A DNA stretch of 64,000 nt, taken from positions 15,252,001 to 15,316,000 of the forward strand of contig NW_024704748.1 of NCBI RefSeq assembly GCF_018977255.1, in the 5' to 3' direction. A program made the position numbers and the translations under genes. Below are positions 37,521 to 53,432 of this stretch, piece after piece. This DNA comes from Callorhinchus milii. Lineage: Eukaryota. Numbering within the stretch: position 1 is the stretch's first letter; every line of letters begins with the position of its first letter. The notes under the pieces were generated by a model. It saw nothing but the letters and a program-made list of their open reading frames with translations. It had not been told where the DNA came from and ran no database searches.

Positions 37521-40500
37521 AGTAGTACTCCATTTAAGTCCTCTCTCAATTACTTTCTTTTTAGATTGTCTTAAATTTCTCCGACCTTTCTTTGCACCCT
37601 CTCAAGGGCTGTAAATGCTTCCTGTGACACTGTGATCAGAATCAAATTTCAAGATTACAAGATCTTAATGCTCTGTTTGTCACATAGCCAGATCATTAAT
37701 ATCCGGCGACTCTTTAACATACACAGATGTGTTGGAAGCTCACCCATTTCTGTGAGAACAGGGGGTTAAGGAGAGTTTGTCCACAAAATACTCAACAAAT
37801 AATTTCATTTTTATAGCGCCTTTCACGTTGGGAGGATGTCCCAAGGTGCTGGACAATGAGGGGTTGTGGGTTATAACACATAGTCACATCACTTTACAGT
37901 ATATCCTGTGAAGCTCTTTGAGAATGTGATATAATAATATTATTATTATAGAATGTGATATAGTGCTATGTCAAATTAAAGTATTATTATTAATTACAGT
38001 GAGGCAAACCCTCCTACGTTTCCAGGCATATTCAAATAAAACTAATTGCAAAACATTTTATGACTGTCATCCCCTTTATTGCTCTTCATTGTCCTCTTGT
38101 TATTTTCCAGCTAGTTTCTCATTCTGCTAACATTTGCAATTTTTAAGTTATAAATCTTTTCTGGTGCTAAATCCTCAATAAACCTACATTTAATTGTAAT
38201 GTGCTTATTATCCATCAAGACTCCATTAACTGGATATTTCAGAATCTTTCTAACATACCAGCCGGTTTATTTTTCTACTCACCCATTTCTCTAAGTTGTG
38301 TGTCTGTTGTGATTCATCCTTTGTGTTTGTGAGTCATTCAGTTCCTAATATCCTTCATGGTTATCAATGTCAAGCTGTGCAGTTCTGATGTTTCTTACCT
38401 TTATCCCTGAGATTGATCTTATTTTACAAGGTTATGGGTAATGATACAATGATGTTCCTAAGTCTTGTGAGTCGCAGAGACCTGATGTCATTCTCCTTTC
38501 AGCATGATGGTTTGTATAGCCCTGACTAGCATTATTTACCAATACGTATAGTGTAAGCTCATGCTTTTTTGGTCTGCGGGTGACATGTGAATAAACCATA
38601 CGAGTATCCAAACCAGACAGAATTGCACATTTGCATGGTCCTACACACACAAAAAAAATGTCTGAAATAGAATGGGGATGGTCTTCCTGGAGAGACACAT
38701 CCTTCTTATCCAACTACAGAAAATATTATCGCCGGTTAGTGAACTCCAGGAACATGTATGGGTGCAGGGGTACTGCTGGAATTGAACCAGCTAAAGCTAC
38801 ATAGCATGCAACTAAGAGCATCGTCTGGCAAGCTTCCTGCTGCTCGTCCAACTCAGAGCTCCCGATCATTGAGGCTTTGGCTTGTACGATTAATAGGAGC
38901 AGAGTGGGATGGCTTATCTATCAGATGAGCGCTGGAGTTCTACAGACCAACCCCAACCTGGCTCAGGAACCAGACTAGCGAGGCCACCATAGAAGGTTTA
39001 CTTGATTCCTTATTCTGTTGGTAAGCAGCTCACCTTGCAGCCAGTTCAGCTCCAATGGCTGTTTCTTAATTAATTTGACAAAGACGTTTGCAGCTATTTT
39101 TCTATTGTGTTTCTGATTTAATTATATTTCCAAAGGCCTCTTTGGTACCCAACAGAGCACTTTTGATTTCTTGCCAAACATAGTACTGTATTACTGTAAA
39201 ACAGGAACTTTTCCCAACGTCAAGAAGCCACTGCAGGAGCCAGTCCAATGAGTTCATTAAAATTAACTGGGAAAGGTTCCTGATTTATGAGTCCAAGATC
39301 ATAAATAAGTAGGAGAACTACTACAATTCAGAAATGTTCAATGTACACTGACACCTCTAAAGAAAAGAAAATCTTCACCGAGTGGTTGGCTGTATCAGGC
39401 AGCTGCCTGTGCAGTTTGGTGCACGTTTGAAAGCCGAGCATTTGGGCCCTGACTGATCTATCCAACAACACTGGGAACCAAGCTGACAGTGCCTGACTTT
39501 CACTGCCACCACTTGCTGTAACAGTGTGTTCACCAAGGCTATGTGCCAAAGACCACATTTTATTATTATAAGGATGTCGGGATGCAAAGTGGATCTCACC
39601 AGCTCATTCCGAGTTTTTGCTCAATTTAACAATTCTAATGTGTGCCTTCTGAATGTCATTTGTAGCGTTCAAGGTTCGGTTGGTTAAACCTAAACCCAAT
39701 TCAGTATGAGCTCAATTTGCAGAAAAATATACATGAGCTTGTGCACATTGCTGTTAGCAAAGGGGAGAAATATTGTTCAGAAAATATTTTTAAATAAAGC
39801 TTCTAAAGTGCAATAATACAGGGGATTAAAATTGTAAATTCCTATCTCATTTTCAAGTCTTTGTTTGAACAGAAAGAGTTACATTTGTATCTTGTAGCAA
39901 TCAGATAAAATTAACCTTATACATAACATTTTAAACCCCTCTCGAGCAACACATCGAATGATAAATTAATGAGTAACACTGCTCCAGTCTATCAAGATAT
40001 ACCCAAAGCTGGCAATAGCTACTGGATAGAGAATGTGGAAAATTAGTTCTGCTCTAAAATAACCTGAAGTTAATGTAAGTCACGGCTTTGTTCTTAATTT
40101 GCAGCCCTCTCATTTCCACAATCAGACAGAGGAATGAAGGGATAGGTTTGTAATATGAGGGATACAAATTAAATTAAACTAGACCAGGATCTTATCTCCA
40201 CTCCACTCTGCTTTTGGTGGTAAGTATCACAATTTATAGATATCTAATGAGCAGCTAAATAAATTTAATCAAATCTTGCCCTAGATAGTGAGAAATCCAT
40301 ATATCTGCAGCCATCAGGGAGTAAAACTCCAGCCATTTACTGGTGGGTTTTATATACATTAAAGAATATATACATGTGAATGTCAGGTGAGGGCAGGATC
40401 AGACTGCATGTCCATCTCATGGTTGTATAGGCTGCCAACATCTACGGTCAAGCCTCACAGAATGACTACTTACAAGCACCTGTCGTTTGAATATTAAGTT

Positions 40501-41304
40501 TGACTTTTATAGGAGTTTACTCCTTCCTCCCCCAAAATGTTATTTCAAAGCAGTGAGCTTGAACTCCCCTGGTTTGGCTAACATCCATTAGATTAAGCTC
40601 ATAATGACAACATGAGTTGATCTGGTTTAATGCTGTGGAGGAATTACATCATCTGTTTAAGTGCATGTGAAAAGTGCAGCGAAGCACAAGCTTAGAATGA
40701 GCAGAATGTTTTTTTTTCCATATTAACTCTTACGAGAAAATATCAGAAACAAAGTGGCGACACACAAATCGGGGGAAAAAAATTGAGATAACATTTGGAT
40801 GAGACATTATCGCCAGCACATACTTACGCTGCACATGACCTCTGCTGGATCAAAACAACCTGCTGAGGTGGCTACACTCAGACATTTCTGTGTCGCCTTC
40901 CGTCGTACTGTTTGTCCAACTTTCTGTTTATTGAGGGAAGATTCTTGCCCCCAGAACAACCCCAGGAAGCACAATGGCCATGACAAGGCTGAGTTAGTTG
41001 GTGGCTCAGGTCTAGTGTCATGTTCTCGGTGGGATAAGATAGCCGTCAAGGGAGAGCAATGATCTAAAACAATAGGAGGATGCGTGAAAATAGCTTCTCT
41101 ATCAGAACAAGCTCCCCCCTCCAGGCCAAGGTCGAGGATGTGCACCCACTCCCTCTTTCCTGTGCCCAGATAAGGAGCCCATCCAAGGGATAAAATGCCC
41201 AGCCAGCATTTGGAAGAAGCAGTCAGCAGAAGGCTGGAGAGAGGAGAGAGAGGGGGGAGAATCTCACAATTGGAATCTTCGTGTTGGAGCAGTCACTGAT
41301 AAGA

Positions 41305-41371
41305 ATGCACTCCTTGATTCTACTACTGAGCCTAACTCTCTCCGCTGGATTTCAAACATCATCAGCATTGT
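41305..41371 (+). CDS. OIT3: OIT3 (LZP) exon 1, signal peptide MHSLILLLSLTLSAGFQTSSAL
   Basis: ATG followed by a hydrophobic leader; donor T|gtgagt in phase 1, matching exon 2. Confidence 0.85.
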
Positions 41372-42342
41372 GTGAGTATATTGCAATGACAGGACTGTAA
41401 GCGAAAGGTTTTGAATTTAAAATGCAGCATTTTTTTTTAAAAGAACTCACACAGAATGAACAAATTTGGACAACTTCACATCTAAATTGATCTAATTAAC
41501 AGGAGGGAATTAGATGCAGTTCTTCATAATGTACAAGCAAAGGTTACAGCCACAAGCGTTCAGTTAACATTTAATTATTAAAAACTGATAGGTCTCTGAA
41601 TTGAAGAAACTGGTTGAGACTTGAATCTGATTCGATTCAAGTCTCAATCTATGCACAAATGCAACACTGACTGTATAGTGCATCATTGCAATTGATACTG
41701 ATTACCTTATTAATATGCTAAATACTGCATTATTATTGTTTAATATAACATTGGAACTATTTTGTATGAAATGTTAGAGACAATGTATGTTGAAAGTTTT
41801 TCTTTATATCACAAACTGACACTAATCGTATCAAAACAGGTCAATGTATTACAAAAACATCATCTCTGCATTGCTTCAGTGATGAAAAAACAACGGATAG
41901 TTTATCTTTAGTAAAGCTTTATTTCCGAACTGCTTCAAATGAGAACTATTACAATTTTACATTATCAGTGTGCAATGTACTGTAGCTCTAAAAGTTCAGT
42001 TAGTGGTCACTCCCTAGTATGAAACTAAGCCCAGAAAGTTATAGGTTCAATCTCCTATTTGTATTGAATTGGGAATTTCACTGGAGGTGTACAATTGATC
42101 TTTAACAGCCTGAGCTGGAGAGAAGAAAATACACACCTAGAGTTCCCATTTTTGATCCCTTTCTCATGAACTCTGAGAACAACACAAGTGTGAATCTGGA
42201 CAGTGAATGTGGTCAGGCTATTCAACTACAAGGGAAAATCACAGTCTCGGCGAGAAATTTGATCAGTTTGTGCAGCTCTGGCCAATATTTTCCTCTCCAG
42301 CCATTAAGCATTTTGCAGCACCACAAAAGATTCCCCCGCTGA

Positions 42343-42828
<486 letters not shown>

Positions 42829-43384
42829 TGAAAAAGCTCAAGGTGTAGAGCTCTTAACTCTTTCGCTTTGATAAATGTCATGCTCATCATCTTGAGAGAT
42901 TTTAGTAATCCCATCAGAATGATTATTCAGGCGGCTTTTGGTAAAACACTACATGTGGCTGCTATTTTTGCTCTTATGCTATTTATGTTTCCACATGTTT
43001 TGAAAGCAAATGGGATTATTCAAAGAGTGTAGTATTTCTTCTGTACAATCTTCTATTTTACGGAGTTTGAGTTACAGTAATCATTCTTCCATGTTTTTGA
43101 TTGTACTTCCCCACCTCCCCCACCCCTCACCTTGGAGTCTTGGAGCACTTTATGGGTAAAACATATCTGAATGATAGTGTGGGACTATAATACAATATCT
43201 TAAGTGGTTTCCCAGACCAATATTACCAGTAACATTAAAGCGATTATCTGTTTAATGGTGGAAGAGTTGAACTATGTACAATTTGTTTTTGAAGCCCTGA
43301 CTCTATAATTATGCTGACATTCTCTAAACAATAATATTACTGTAAAACAGCTTCCAATAGCATAATCGCAGTGGTTATATAAAA

Positions 43385-43690
43385 AAAAACTTGTATTTGA
43401 TGCAACAGCTTACAAAGCTGAAACGTCTCACAGCACTTATATTTTCTGTGAAGTATAGTGACTGAATATTTGTAAGCAAATGCAGCAGCCAATTTGCACA
43501 CAGCAGTGTCCCACAAACAGCTATGAAATGAACAATCTATTTTCATCTGGGGATTGTAGATCAGGACCCTGTAGAAACTCTTCATGTTTCAAATAATGCC
43601 ATGGGATCTTTAACTTCCACCTGAACAGACACGAGACCTTGGTTTAAGCATATTATCTGAAGAACCGCACTTTTAACAATAAAGTCCTTC
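43385..43690 (-). mobile_element. Ancient DeuSINE with a complete Deu core
   Basis: Reverse-complement similarity to 20375-20640. Confidence 0.65.
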
Positions 43691-44404
43691 TCCACTGATG
43701 GACAGCTACTAACCGCAACCCAATTCTCCGCAAATTTGGGATCTCGCCCTCATTATTGAGGCCAACAATGAAAGTGCCAAACAGTGGCCTGAGAAATCAA
43801 GTCAGCCTGACCTACACCACTTGTGGTCACCTGCCAAAGGCAGCCGGCTGGCACTGATCACTATCATGCCACTCATTTGGTTATTGGTGCAAAGACATAA
43901 ACAACTTTTTAAAAGAGTGCAGATAGTATTTCTACAGCATATTCATTGTAAAACAAATGTGCTAGCCATCTGTCATCAATTTACGGTTATCTGTCTTATA
44001 TTTATTCAATACCTTCTCAGTAGCCCCTTTCTTGGTTACTACAAATGTGAGCCGCACCCAACTTCGCTCCCTCTGAGCTTATTCTGCAGTGTTCACCAAC
44101 TACCAATCAAACCCACAGAAAATCGCTCCAGTCTACACAAAAGAAGGAAACACAGCTGTAATCACACCAGGTCCTTTTCCAAGTAAAGAATAAGCTTTTA
44201 TTTTAATTCTGAATTGTCAATGAATATTGAAAATTTCATTTCATGATTGTTTTGGGGACATTGCTGTGCACAATTGGCTGCCAGATTTCCCTACAGTCCC
44301 TACACTTTACCGTAAATCCTGTGAAATGCTTTGAGACGTTTTGACATGATAAAACATTGTAATTGCCAGAATTATTATTATTTTGCAATGTTTGATAAAG
44401 ATAG

Positions 44405-44584
<180 letters not shown>

Positions 44585-44736
44585 TAACGTTATAGATATA
44601 TACAAGAATTAATATGCGAGAATAAAAAGCTCTTCAAGTACTGGTTGTATTCATCAAAAGATGGAAATCAAAAGCCTAAAAAAAGGATGAAAGCCAATGC
44701 TTTTTTTTAATGTTTTAAATAACTCTTCCCCTGTGA

Positions 44737-44916
<180 letters not shown>

Positions 44917-45538
44917 TAAACATCTGACAAGGCACCGTCTGAGCTGAATATTAAATGGTGGAAATTCTAGTTTAGCTTTAGTTGCTTCTGGGCACTGCAA
45001 GAACACTTCCAGGAGGATATTGAGGCTTTTTTGTTAGAAAAGTGTAAGTTTCACTCCCAGAGTTGTGTGCTTTTCATACTTATTGTAATGGGACAAAGGG
45101 GAAGGAAACAATGGACATTTGTCTTTCTGACAAATGAGGATGGTCACAGAGTGGTCTGTGGGTTGAATTGTGCAGTCAAATCTAATGGGGAAAGAGGTGA
45201 TGCAGCACATGTATTAGAACCAATATTGCATGATTACTAGTGTTTCAGTCAGAGCAACACTGACATCTCCTTAGAAATACAATGAAGTGGAGATGAGCTT
45301 TTAATGATTCACCTAGGGTGACAAGACTGGTAAAATGCAATGCTTTTCAGATACCTTCTATAATAATAATATTTGCATTTGATAATATATTATATAATAT
45401 ATATTATACTGGTACAAGTAACTGTACAGAGAAAAGGTGGTTATTTTAAACAACAGTAACAACTTACTTTCATTGAATAATATTTTCTGGTCCCTCTGAA
45501 TGTTCCAACTTAATGATTTGTTACGTTTGTACCTGCAG

Positions 45539-45661
45539 ACATTGAAGGCTGTCACTATAATAATGGAGGGTGTAGCCATGTCTGCACGACTGGAGATGAT
45601 GGGTACCATTGTGAATGTCCACGTGGTCTTGTCTTATCAGAAGACACTCACAGCTGTTTAG
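45539..45661 (+). CDS. OIT3: OIT3 exon 5, EGF (DIEGCHYNNGGCSHVC...CECPRGLVLSEDTHSCL)
   Basis: cag/gtaaat boundaries, 123 nt. Confidence 0.95.
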   Translation, partial: TLKAVTIIMEGVAMSARLEMMGTIVNVHVVLSYQKTLTAV

Positions 45662-46414
45662 GTAAATCTCATGACTTGGAGCTTTTCTTTTTAAATTTGT
45701 TTTTCACATTGGAGGTAGGCGTTGAGATATACAATTTGTTAACATATGCGAAAACCCATCACCATGCTTAAGAACATCCAAACCAGATTACTCTTCATTA
45801 CTGAGAGACATAATGCAAAGTGTCATGATTGTTAAACAATCGGATGGAAATTAACCCATTAAATCTCACTACAGTAGCCATGAAGTACATGTATACAATG
45901 AAAATAAAATATTTTAGCTGGGTATTTACTTCTGTATAGTAAAAGGATGCTTAGTACTGTAATAGTCAATGTGCCACTATAGCAGATCAATAATATTTTG
46001 AATGGGGCCAGGAGATATGATAAACCAACTATACATTCTCTCCACAGATAATGTGTTCAGGTTACTGGCTCCTTGCCACTTAAAGGGGCCTAAAAGTTAT
46101 TAAGAATTCCCAGTGAAATCCGATAGTTTTAATTCATCTTGCTCAGAAATGTAGAATTCTGATATTTAGGAACCTCCTTTGTTCCCCCTGTTCAATTTCC
46201 CCCTAATAGAGTCAAGGAATCGAGGTGAAGAGAATCTGATGAAAAAGATGAGCTGATTTTGTATTTACTTGTTTTCCCCACCATCTGGGCTACATTTGAA
46301 CCCAGGTGTCAATATTCCTAGGTTAATCCAACTAAAACATTGCACCACTGAACCTCCTATTCTGACTGCTACACAGAATAGATATCCAATTCCACGTCTG
46401 TGGGTTGGAACTGA

Positions 46415-46780
<366 letters not shown>

Positions 46781-47152
46781 TAATGCGTCAGAGAAGGACA
46801 ATTTTGCATAGGTGTGTTCAAATTATTTGAAATATTTTGTGAGTGGGTGTTGTGCTTCTCCTGGTGGAAGGGTCAAGGCAGTATTATTGGAGCTTAGGAG
46901 CAGGGTGCTCAATACTGTCTTAAAACAGACTTAGTTATGGCCCAGCGAAATTGGAGAGAAAGGAAGTGGGAAAAAAAAGTGTATTCTCACACACATTGGT
47001 CAGATTTTGCTGTAATAAACAGTATCACCAATACACCTAGTCTCGTATTCAGTTAGTTATAAAAAAGCAAAGTGCTCTTTGTGTCTGGAGTTTTATAGTT
47101 TTTTTACCCCAGGTTATATGAATGATGCTTATTGTTTGTACCTGTCTTTTGA

Positions 47153-47584
<432 letters not shown>

Positions 47585-49461
47585 TAAGTGCAAGTTAAGA
47601 GAAATGTACTATTCAGGGTGTCCACCAAGTCCTCTTAGCCCCCTGTAACAAAAGAGTGATATGAGACTACAGAGGAGCTGAAACAAACTGTCAGAGATGA
47701 ATTTTGCCTCATCACTCCATCTATGTTATTGAAGATATTGAATCGAACATGGTGACGGATCATTATCTGCCATGAAAATGATGGTGCTCACACAGATCCT
47801 CTGGACATCTAAATACAGTTAAACACTTGCGCTGACACACAATTAAGTACTTCTAAATACAATTATCATTATTATCCCACACGTTTCAGTTTTTGGTCAG
47901 TGCACTGTAGAAAAAAAATATGGAGGTAATATATCTTTGTGGACACTCTGTACAATGCGTTCCAAATTGTGTACATTGTTTAAAAAAAGGTATTCAATAG
48001 AACAATGCACACTGTAGCCTCACAATAAATTCAGTATACTTGGATATCTGCCGCTAAAATTCTGTATGCCATTAGACTCCACATCCTAAAATCAATAATA
48101 TTCACCTATCTTCCATCACATTCACCACTGCATTATCATCTATTAACAGCTTTACCATTCTCTTTGATCCAATAAACCCAAATTTAAATAGAATTCACTG
48201 CAGTCGCGAAAGGCAGTCAAATGCTCATTAATGAGTTTGGACACCATCAGTTTGAGTTAAGAGGAACACATAAAGTAATTATAATTCAAAATTTTCTTTA
48301 CATAAATAAGTTATCATTGATAAATCGAACAGTAGTAAATTGGGTCAGGTCACTTCACAACTATGAACTGGAATTAAAGCAGCAACATCTACATTTCGGT
48401 GTGGAAAAACAATACATTTGTAGTTGGTACAAATTAACTGAATTCATCACACCTGTGTTGGCTGCAAGTGTTAATGACGATGTCCAGGCAACAATCTGTA
48501 GTCTTTAGGAGCAGTGAAGTGTTTTTTTTTCCATTGGTCCTGGCTGATGTTCAGTGTCTAGATAGCCTAACATTTGCTAAATTAGTTATGTCACCTGCCA
48601 AGGAAAAACTGTTTAGGATTTAGCCTGAGAGTTGGATGCCCACATTGGCGAGTCTTGATATATAACCAATATAATAAAGATAATAAAACTAGCAAAATTG
48701 GTGCATTGCCACATGCTATGTTTCTACTGTAAATGTAAGAATGGCCTTCCTCCAACATCACACCAGCCTGATGCATTTATTACTTCACTTCAGAGACCCG
48801 CTTCAGTGTTTAACATTTGCAGCCACTTTAATTTCAGTACTCACGGAAGCTTATTTCAGCTGAAGCATCTCAGAGCAATCCGTATTCCTGAGCTTTAGCT
48901 TCTTCCAATGCCTTGGAACGTCCTCCCGATGTGAAAGGCGCTGTACAAATGTAATTTATTGTTGTTGTTCCTCAGTCTCTCCTCAGCTATTGTATGGCTC
49001 ATTTTCCTTAAAAGACGACATAATTCTGAGCTGCTGTGCATGGGATCTTTGTCAAACCCGGTGTTGGAAGTCTCCCAATTTCTTACTTAATAACTCCCAC
49101 CTGCTGTCTCCAAAGCAACAATTGATGGACAACTTTAGGGCCTAATCAGTGACATGTACTACCTAGGTGGTGAGTGCAGGATCCACCCTCATAGATTCCA
49201 GAATCTTACAACTTCTCATGTCAGCACAATTAAGGTAAATTCCGTGCACATTTTTTTTTGACTCACTCCAAGCAACCTACCAAAAATGTACGTCAAATTC
49301 CACAAAGTTCTGATCACAACTTGTTCTCATCTGCTTTAATGTTCAGCTCTATTTTGCTTTGTTTCCTCCATTCTGTGGTTGCTTAGTCCCCTGCATTCTT
49401 TGGATTTTTTGCGTTTCCAATGCAGTGCGGTTGATAAAAGTCATATGTTGAGGTCCCCTAG

Positions 49462-49668
<207 letters not shown>

Positions 49669-49926
49669 TGAAAAGGTGTAAACGGTAGAATAAAGTTGTG
49701 GGCTCAAGTGGTACCAGAAGCATTAGAGAATGCACAGTATAACAATCTGAAAACCCTGGTTAACTATTTGGATGTTACTCTCCCCTGCTCTGTTAGTGAG
49801 GTATGTATTGTTTGTGTTATTAGTGTTTGTTAGTAAGGGTGCATGTAGCCTGCATTAATTGCTCCCAGTCTCTCTCCTAGTCAAACATGTGTAGTCTGTG
49901 TTACTGTTACCATAATTGTAGTTTGA

Positions 49927-50145
<219 letters not shown>

Positions 50146-50276
50146 TGGAACTGTAGTGTCTAAACATTATACTCAATCTAACAGCTTTGAATTCATTCGT
50201 ATTGTATGCATATCCAAAATGTAGAAGTTTGTTTTTGAATCTTGTAAAGCACGCATAGTCTCATTTCAATAATAAC

Positions 50277-50282
50277 AATAAA
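50277..50282 (+). terminator. Candidate OIT3 polyadenylation signal
   Basis: AATAAA about 130 nt after the stop, with U-rich sequence downstream; a second AATAAA at 50494-50499. Confidence 0.5.
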
Positions 50283-51565
50283 TGTAACTTTTACTCAATT
50301 TTCTTGTCAAGTCGTCTTCATGTCCATTTACACCAAAGATTAACGCCTCACTTAACATTGATTACAATTCATACAAACCCATTTAATTTTAGCTTTGTAA
50401 AATCATGCTATCAAATTATAACAAAATTACATTTATAGAGCGCCTTTCTACTATGAAACTAATGAATGCAAAAAGGTTTCTTAAAACACAAGCAATAAAG
50501 TATCAAAATTATATAACCCATCTCATTCATGGATACAAAAAGTACATTTTTATTATTAAGCTGTCTTGGATTGCAGGAAAATAGATCTGGTTGTATCAAC
50601 TTTGGGCCACATTTGTCTTTGTTGTTTCTTTTCTACTTCTCTGTGTCAATATAAACAGGTATCTGAAAAGTACCATCACTACAATGATGGTACATTGTCC
50701 ACGCTTCGGTGTTTGATTTTTTTGTAGTACAACAGCAATCTATATACAGTAAATATACAACACCATTTTGTAAATTTGTTTTATTTTAAATATCAAGATA
50801 CTTTTCATTAAAGTAATGCTTTTGTTGCATTACTCAAACAAAAGCACTTTACAATTGATGAGCTTGACAAGCCACCAGAACCATGGCGATCAAGGACTGT
50901 ATACAGCACAACATGAATATGTGGCTCATATTCCCCTGCTCTGCTCAGTGGAATATCCTTTAGTTGCCACAACTTACAGATGAAGATAATGTGTTTCACT
51001 GGAAGGTAGAATAGCCATGTGAGATACTGATGTCCATTTATTTTCATACAAAGCAGATCAGCGAGGACTTATAGATTGACTTTGGCAGAAGCTCCTATGG
51101 CCTATCAGAGTGGACGGAGAACCTGTGTGGGCTGGGGAGACTCAGTAAGAAAAAAAAGTAAACTAAAACTTAAAAATAACTTAAAAAAACAAGTAAAAAG
51201 GAGGTAACCATGCACTCAGTGCGGATGTTCATTTGAACTCATGGCTGTTCCACAACATTGTCAGCAGGTGGCATGTAATGGCTGCTCAGTAATTGATATT
51301 ACTTTCTGCTTGTGTTGTGAAATTATTACATAAAATAAATAATCAGTGAGGTATATACAGCCATGGATAGGGAAGGTTATTATATATATATATATACATG
51401 CATGCGCAGGAAAAAACAGCTCATGCATTAATATCTATATTGTATGGAGGTCTCATTATCAAGCATCCATAAGGAATGCCATGTTGTCTATGTATGTATA
51501 TAATTGCTAAGAAGAGCTGTGCTACATATACAGACACACAAACATATACTTGGTAGCTTTTGTCC

Positions 51566-51684
51566 TTAAAGCTCATCTCTCTCCTCTTCATTGCATATGC
51601 AAGCTGATCGCTGACTGTTCATGAAGGATTTGCAGCCCAGGGTCCAGACTGTGTTAAACATGGTATCTGCCACTGATTCACAAG
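51566..51684 (-). CDS. PLA2G12B: PLA2G12B terminal exon 4 ([39 protein letters not shown])
   Basis: Acceptor tttttag, TAA stop; total CDS 603 nt = 200 aa. Confidence 0.96.
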
Positions 51685-52564
51685 CTAAAAACAAGAGAAC
51701 AAGATAATCTTCAGGATACTTCACATTTAATTCAGTAAGTTCTTCCAAACGCCCACTTTAACATGCTCCACATTGAAATATTTTCTCCGAAAACTGAAAA
51801 ATATTCTTACTTAAAAATTATGAATCTGAATATTACAAAATATAAGCTATAAAGAGAGTGCCATGGACATTTTGGGATATGTCTCCACATAAAAGATTTT
51901 TTTTTGTAATTTTAATATTTTCTCCCAGTCTTAACTTAAGGTCTCCACGGAATCATACCTCTCTCTTCAATGGCACAGCTGAGAACGGGAGTTTATTGTG
52001 GAGAGAACCACAGGGTACAGCCCTTACTGCCCTTTGTTACATGTTGAAGCTCCCACTTAATAGTGTGACGACAAAAATACACAGATACATTACATTATTT
52101 TTGCTAAGGGTGAGAATCCTCTAAGTATCATTAGGTACAAAAATGGATGGGTAAGTGAGATCCTGGGTCCCTATCAATAAAATTGGCTTCTAGGAGGTAA
52201 GCAATCTAGTGACTTGCCCTCTGATTTTCGTATGGACTATGTTCCTTGGGCTTGTTTTTGCACAGGTTAGACCAGCAAATTAATAGAAACTTGAACATAT
52301 TTTATGCAGAACAAAGAATGCCAGTGAGATACAAGACTGAAGTAGTTTTTAAATTCATCATAGTTACTCAGTCAGCACATTGATACCTTGAATACATTTC
52401 CAGAAAACTTGTACTTCTGTATACTGTATATGTTCTATTATTTAAAAATAATTCTTAGAATTGTCTTTACAAGATTTATTGTGGCTTAATTTATTAGGGG
52501 CAACAAGTGTCATATAACACATCCAGACATTCTGTCACAATTACTGTACAACACCAGGTTAAAG

Positions 52565-52880
52565 AAAAAATTATTTAGACAGCACCTTTTACGTCAGGAG
52601 GACGATCTAGAGTGCTTAGCAATCTGTCACCCGAGCTGGGGGTGGGAGCCAAAAGGGGGTGGAAATGGGAAAGATGACCTAAAGTTAAAGAAGTTGGTCT
52701 TGAGATGGACGTCGAAAGAAGTGAGTAAGGACAGCAGGATGGAGTTCCAGAAAATGAGCCAGAGAGGCTGAAAGCTCAGCCTCCGATGGTGGGGCGAGTA
52801 AGGTGTTGCACGTGAAGCTGGTTCCGCTAAGTGCAGGCATCAGCCAGGTTGGTACGGTTTGACGACGTAGATTAGGGTTG
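52565..52880 (-). mobile_element. Degraded L2 3' fragment in PLA2G12B intron 3
   Basis: ggagttccag...ggctgaaagctc.gcctccgatggtggggcgag, similar to 7775-7835. Confidence 0.65.
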
Positions 52881-52992
52881 CAATCGAAAGTCGGTAAGAC
52901 AGCTCACTATATTCAGAGCAGGAATTTTAAATATTTGAAGGGAATGTCTTCACATTTATCACTATCTGATACTAAAAATAAAAAATACTGAC

Positions 52993-53158
52993 CTTCAACC
53001 TTTGACACAAAGCCTAAACTTTTCTTCAGGTCTGAACAGATTCCGTACAGGCACCAGCGGAACTTGGCATCACATCGGTACTTATTGGCTCCACAAATTT
53101 CATAGCACATGTCAAGCTGGTTACAGCACTTCGTCATGGCTGGGATTCCCATATCAAA
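52993..53158 (-). CDS. PLA2G12B: PLA2G12B exon 3 ([37 protein letters not shown]...VSKVE)
   Basis: CCNQLD has Leu at the catalytic His position, diagnostic of XIIB versus XIIA; cag/gtcagt, 166 nt. Confidence 0.97.
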
Positions 53159-53432
53159 CTGAAAACAAATTGCATAAAGTAAACTAAAACAGTGCAAGAT
53201 CTCACTGGTTATAGGTTGATAGCAGCTGTCCCCTTCATTGCAGTTTAACATCTCAGCAATGACTGCATGTGGGAATAGCTGCAATTCATGTGATAACATA
53301 AATTTCTTCTCAAGAACTTTCAAGAAAGTTCAGTCCCTGGGTTGTGGTTACATTTAACTCACTCTGCATTGCACCTTAATTGACAACTGAAATCTAGGTT
53401 GCTGTTTACATATACATTTACTGCTAATTAAA

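Noticed and set aside
40799-41145. Overlapping 87-aa and 112-aa ORFs upstream of OIT3
   Set aside because: No recognisable domain; this is the GC-richer promoter region, where chance ORFs are expected.
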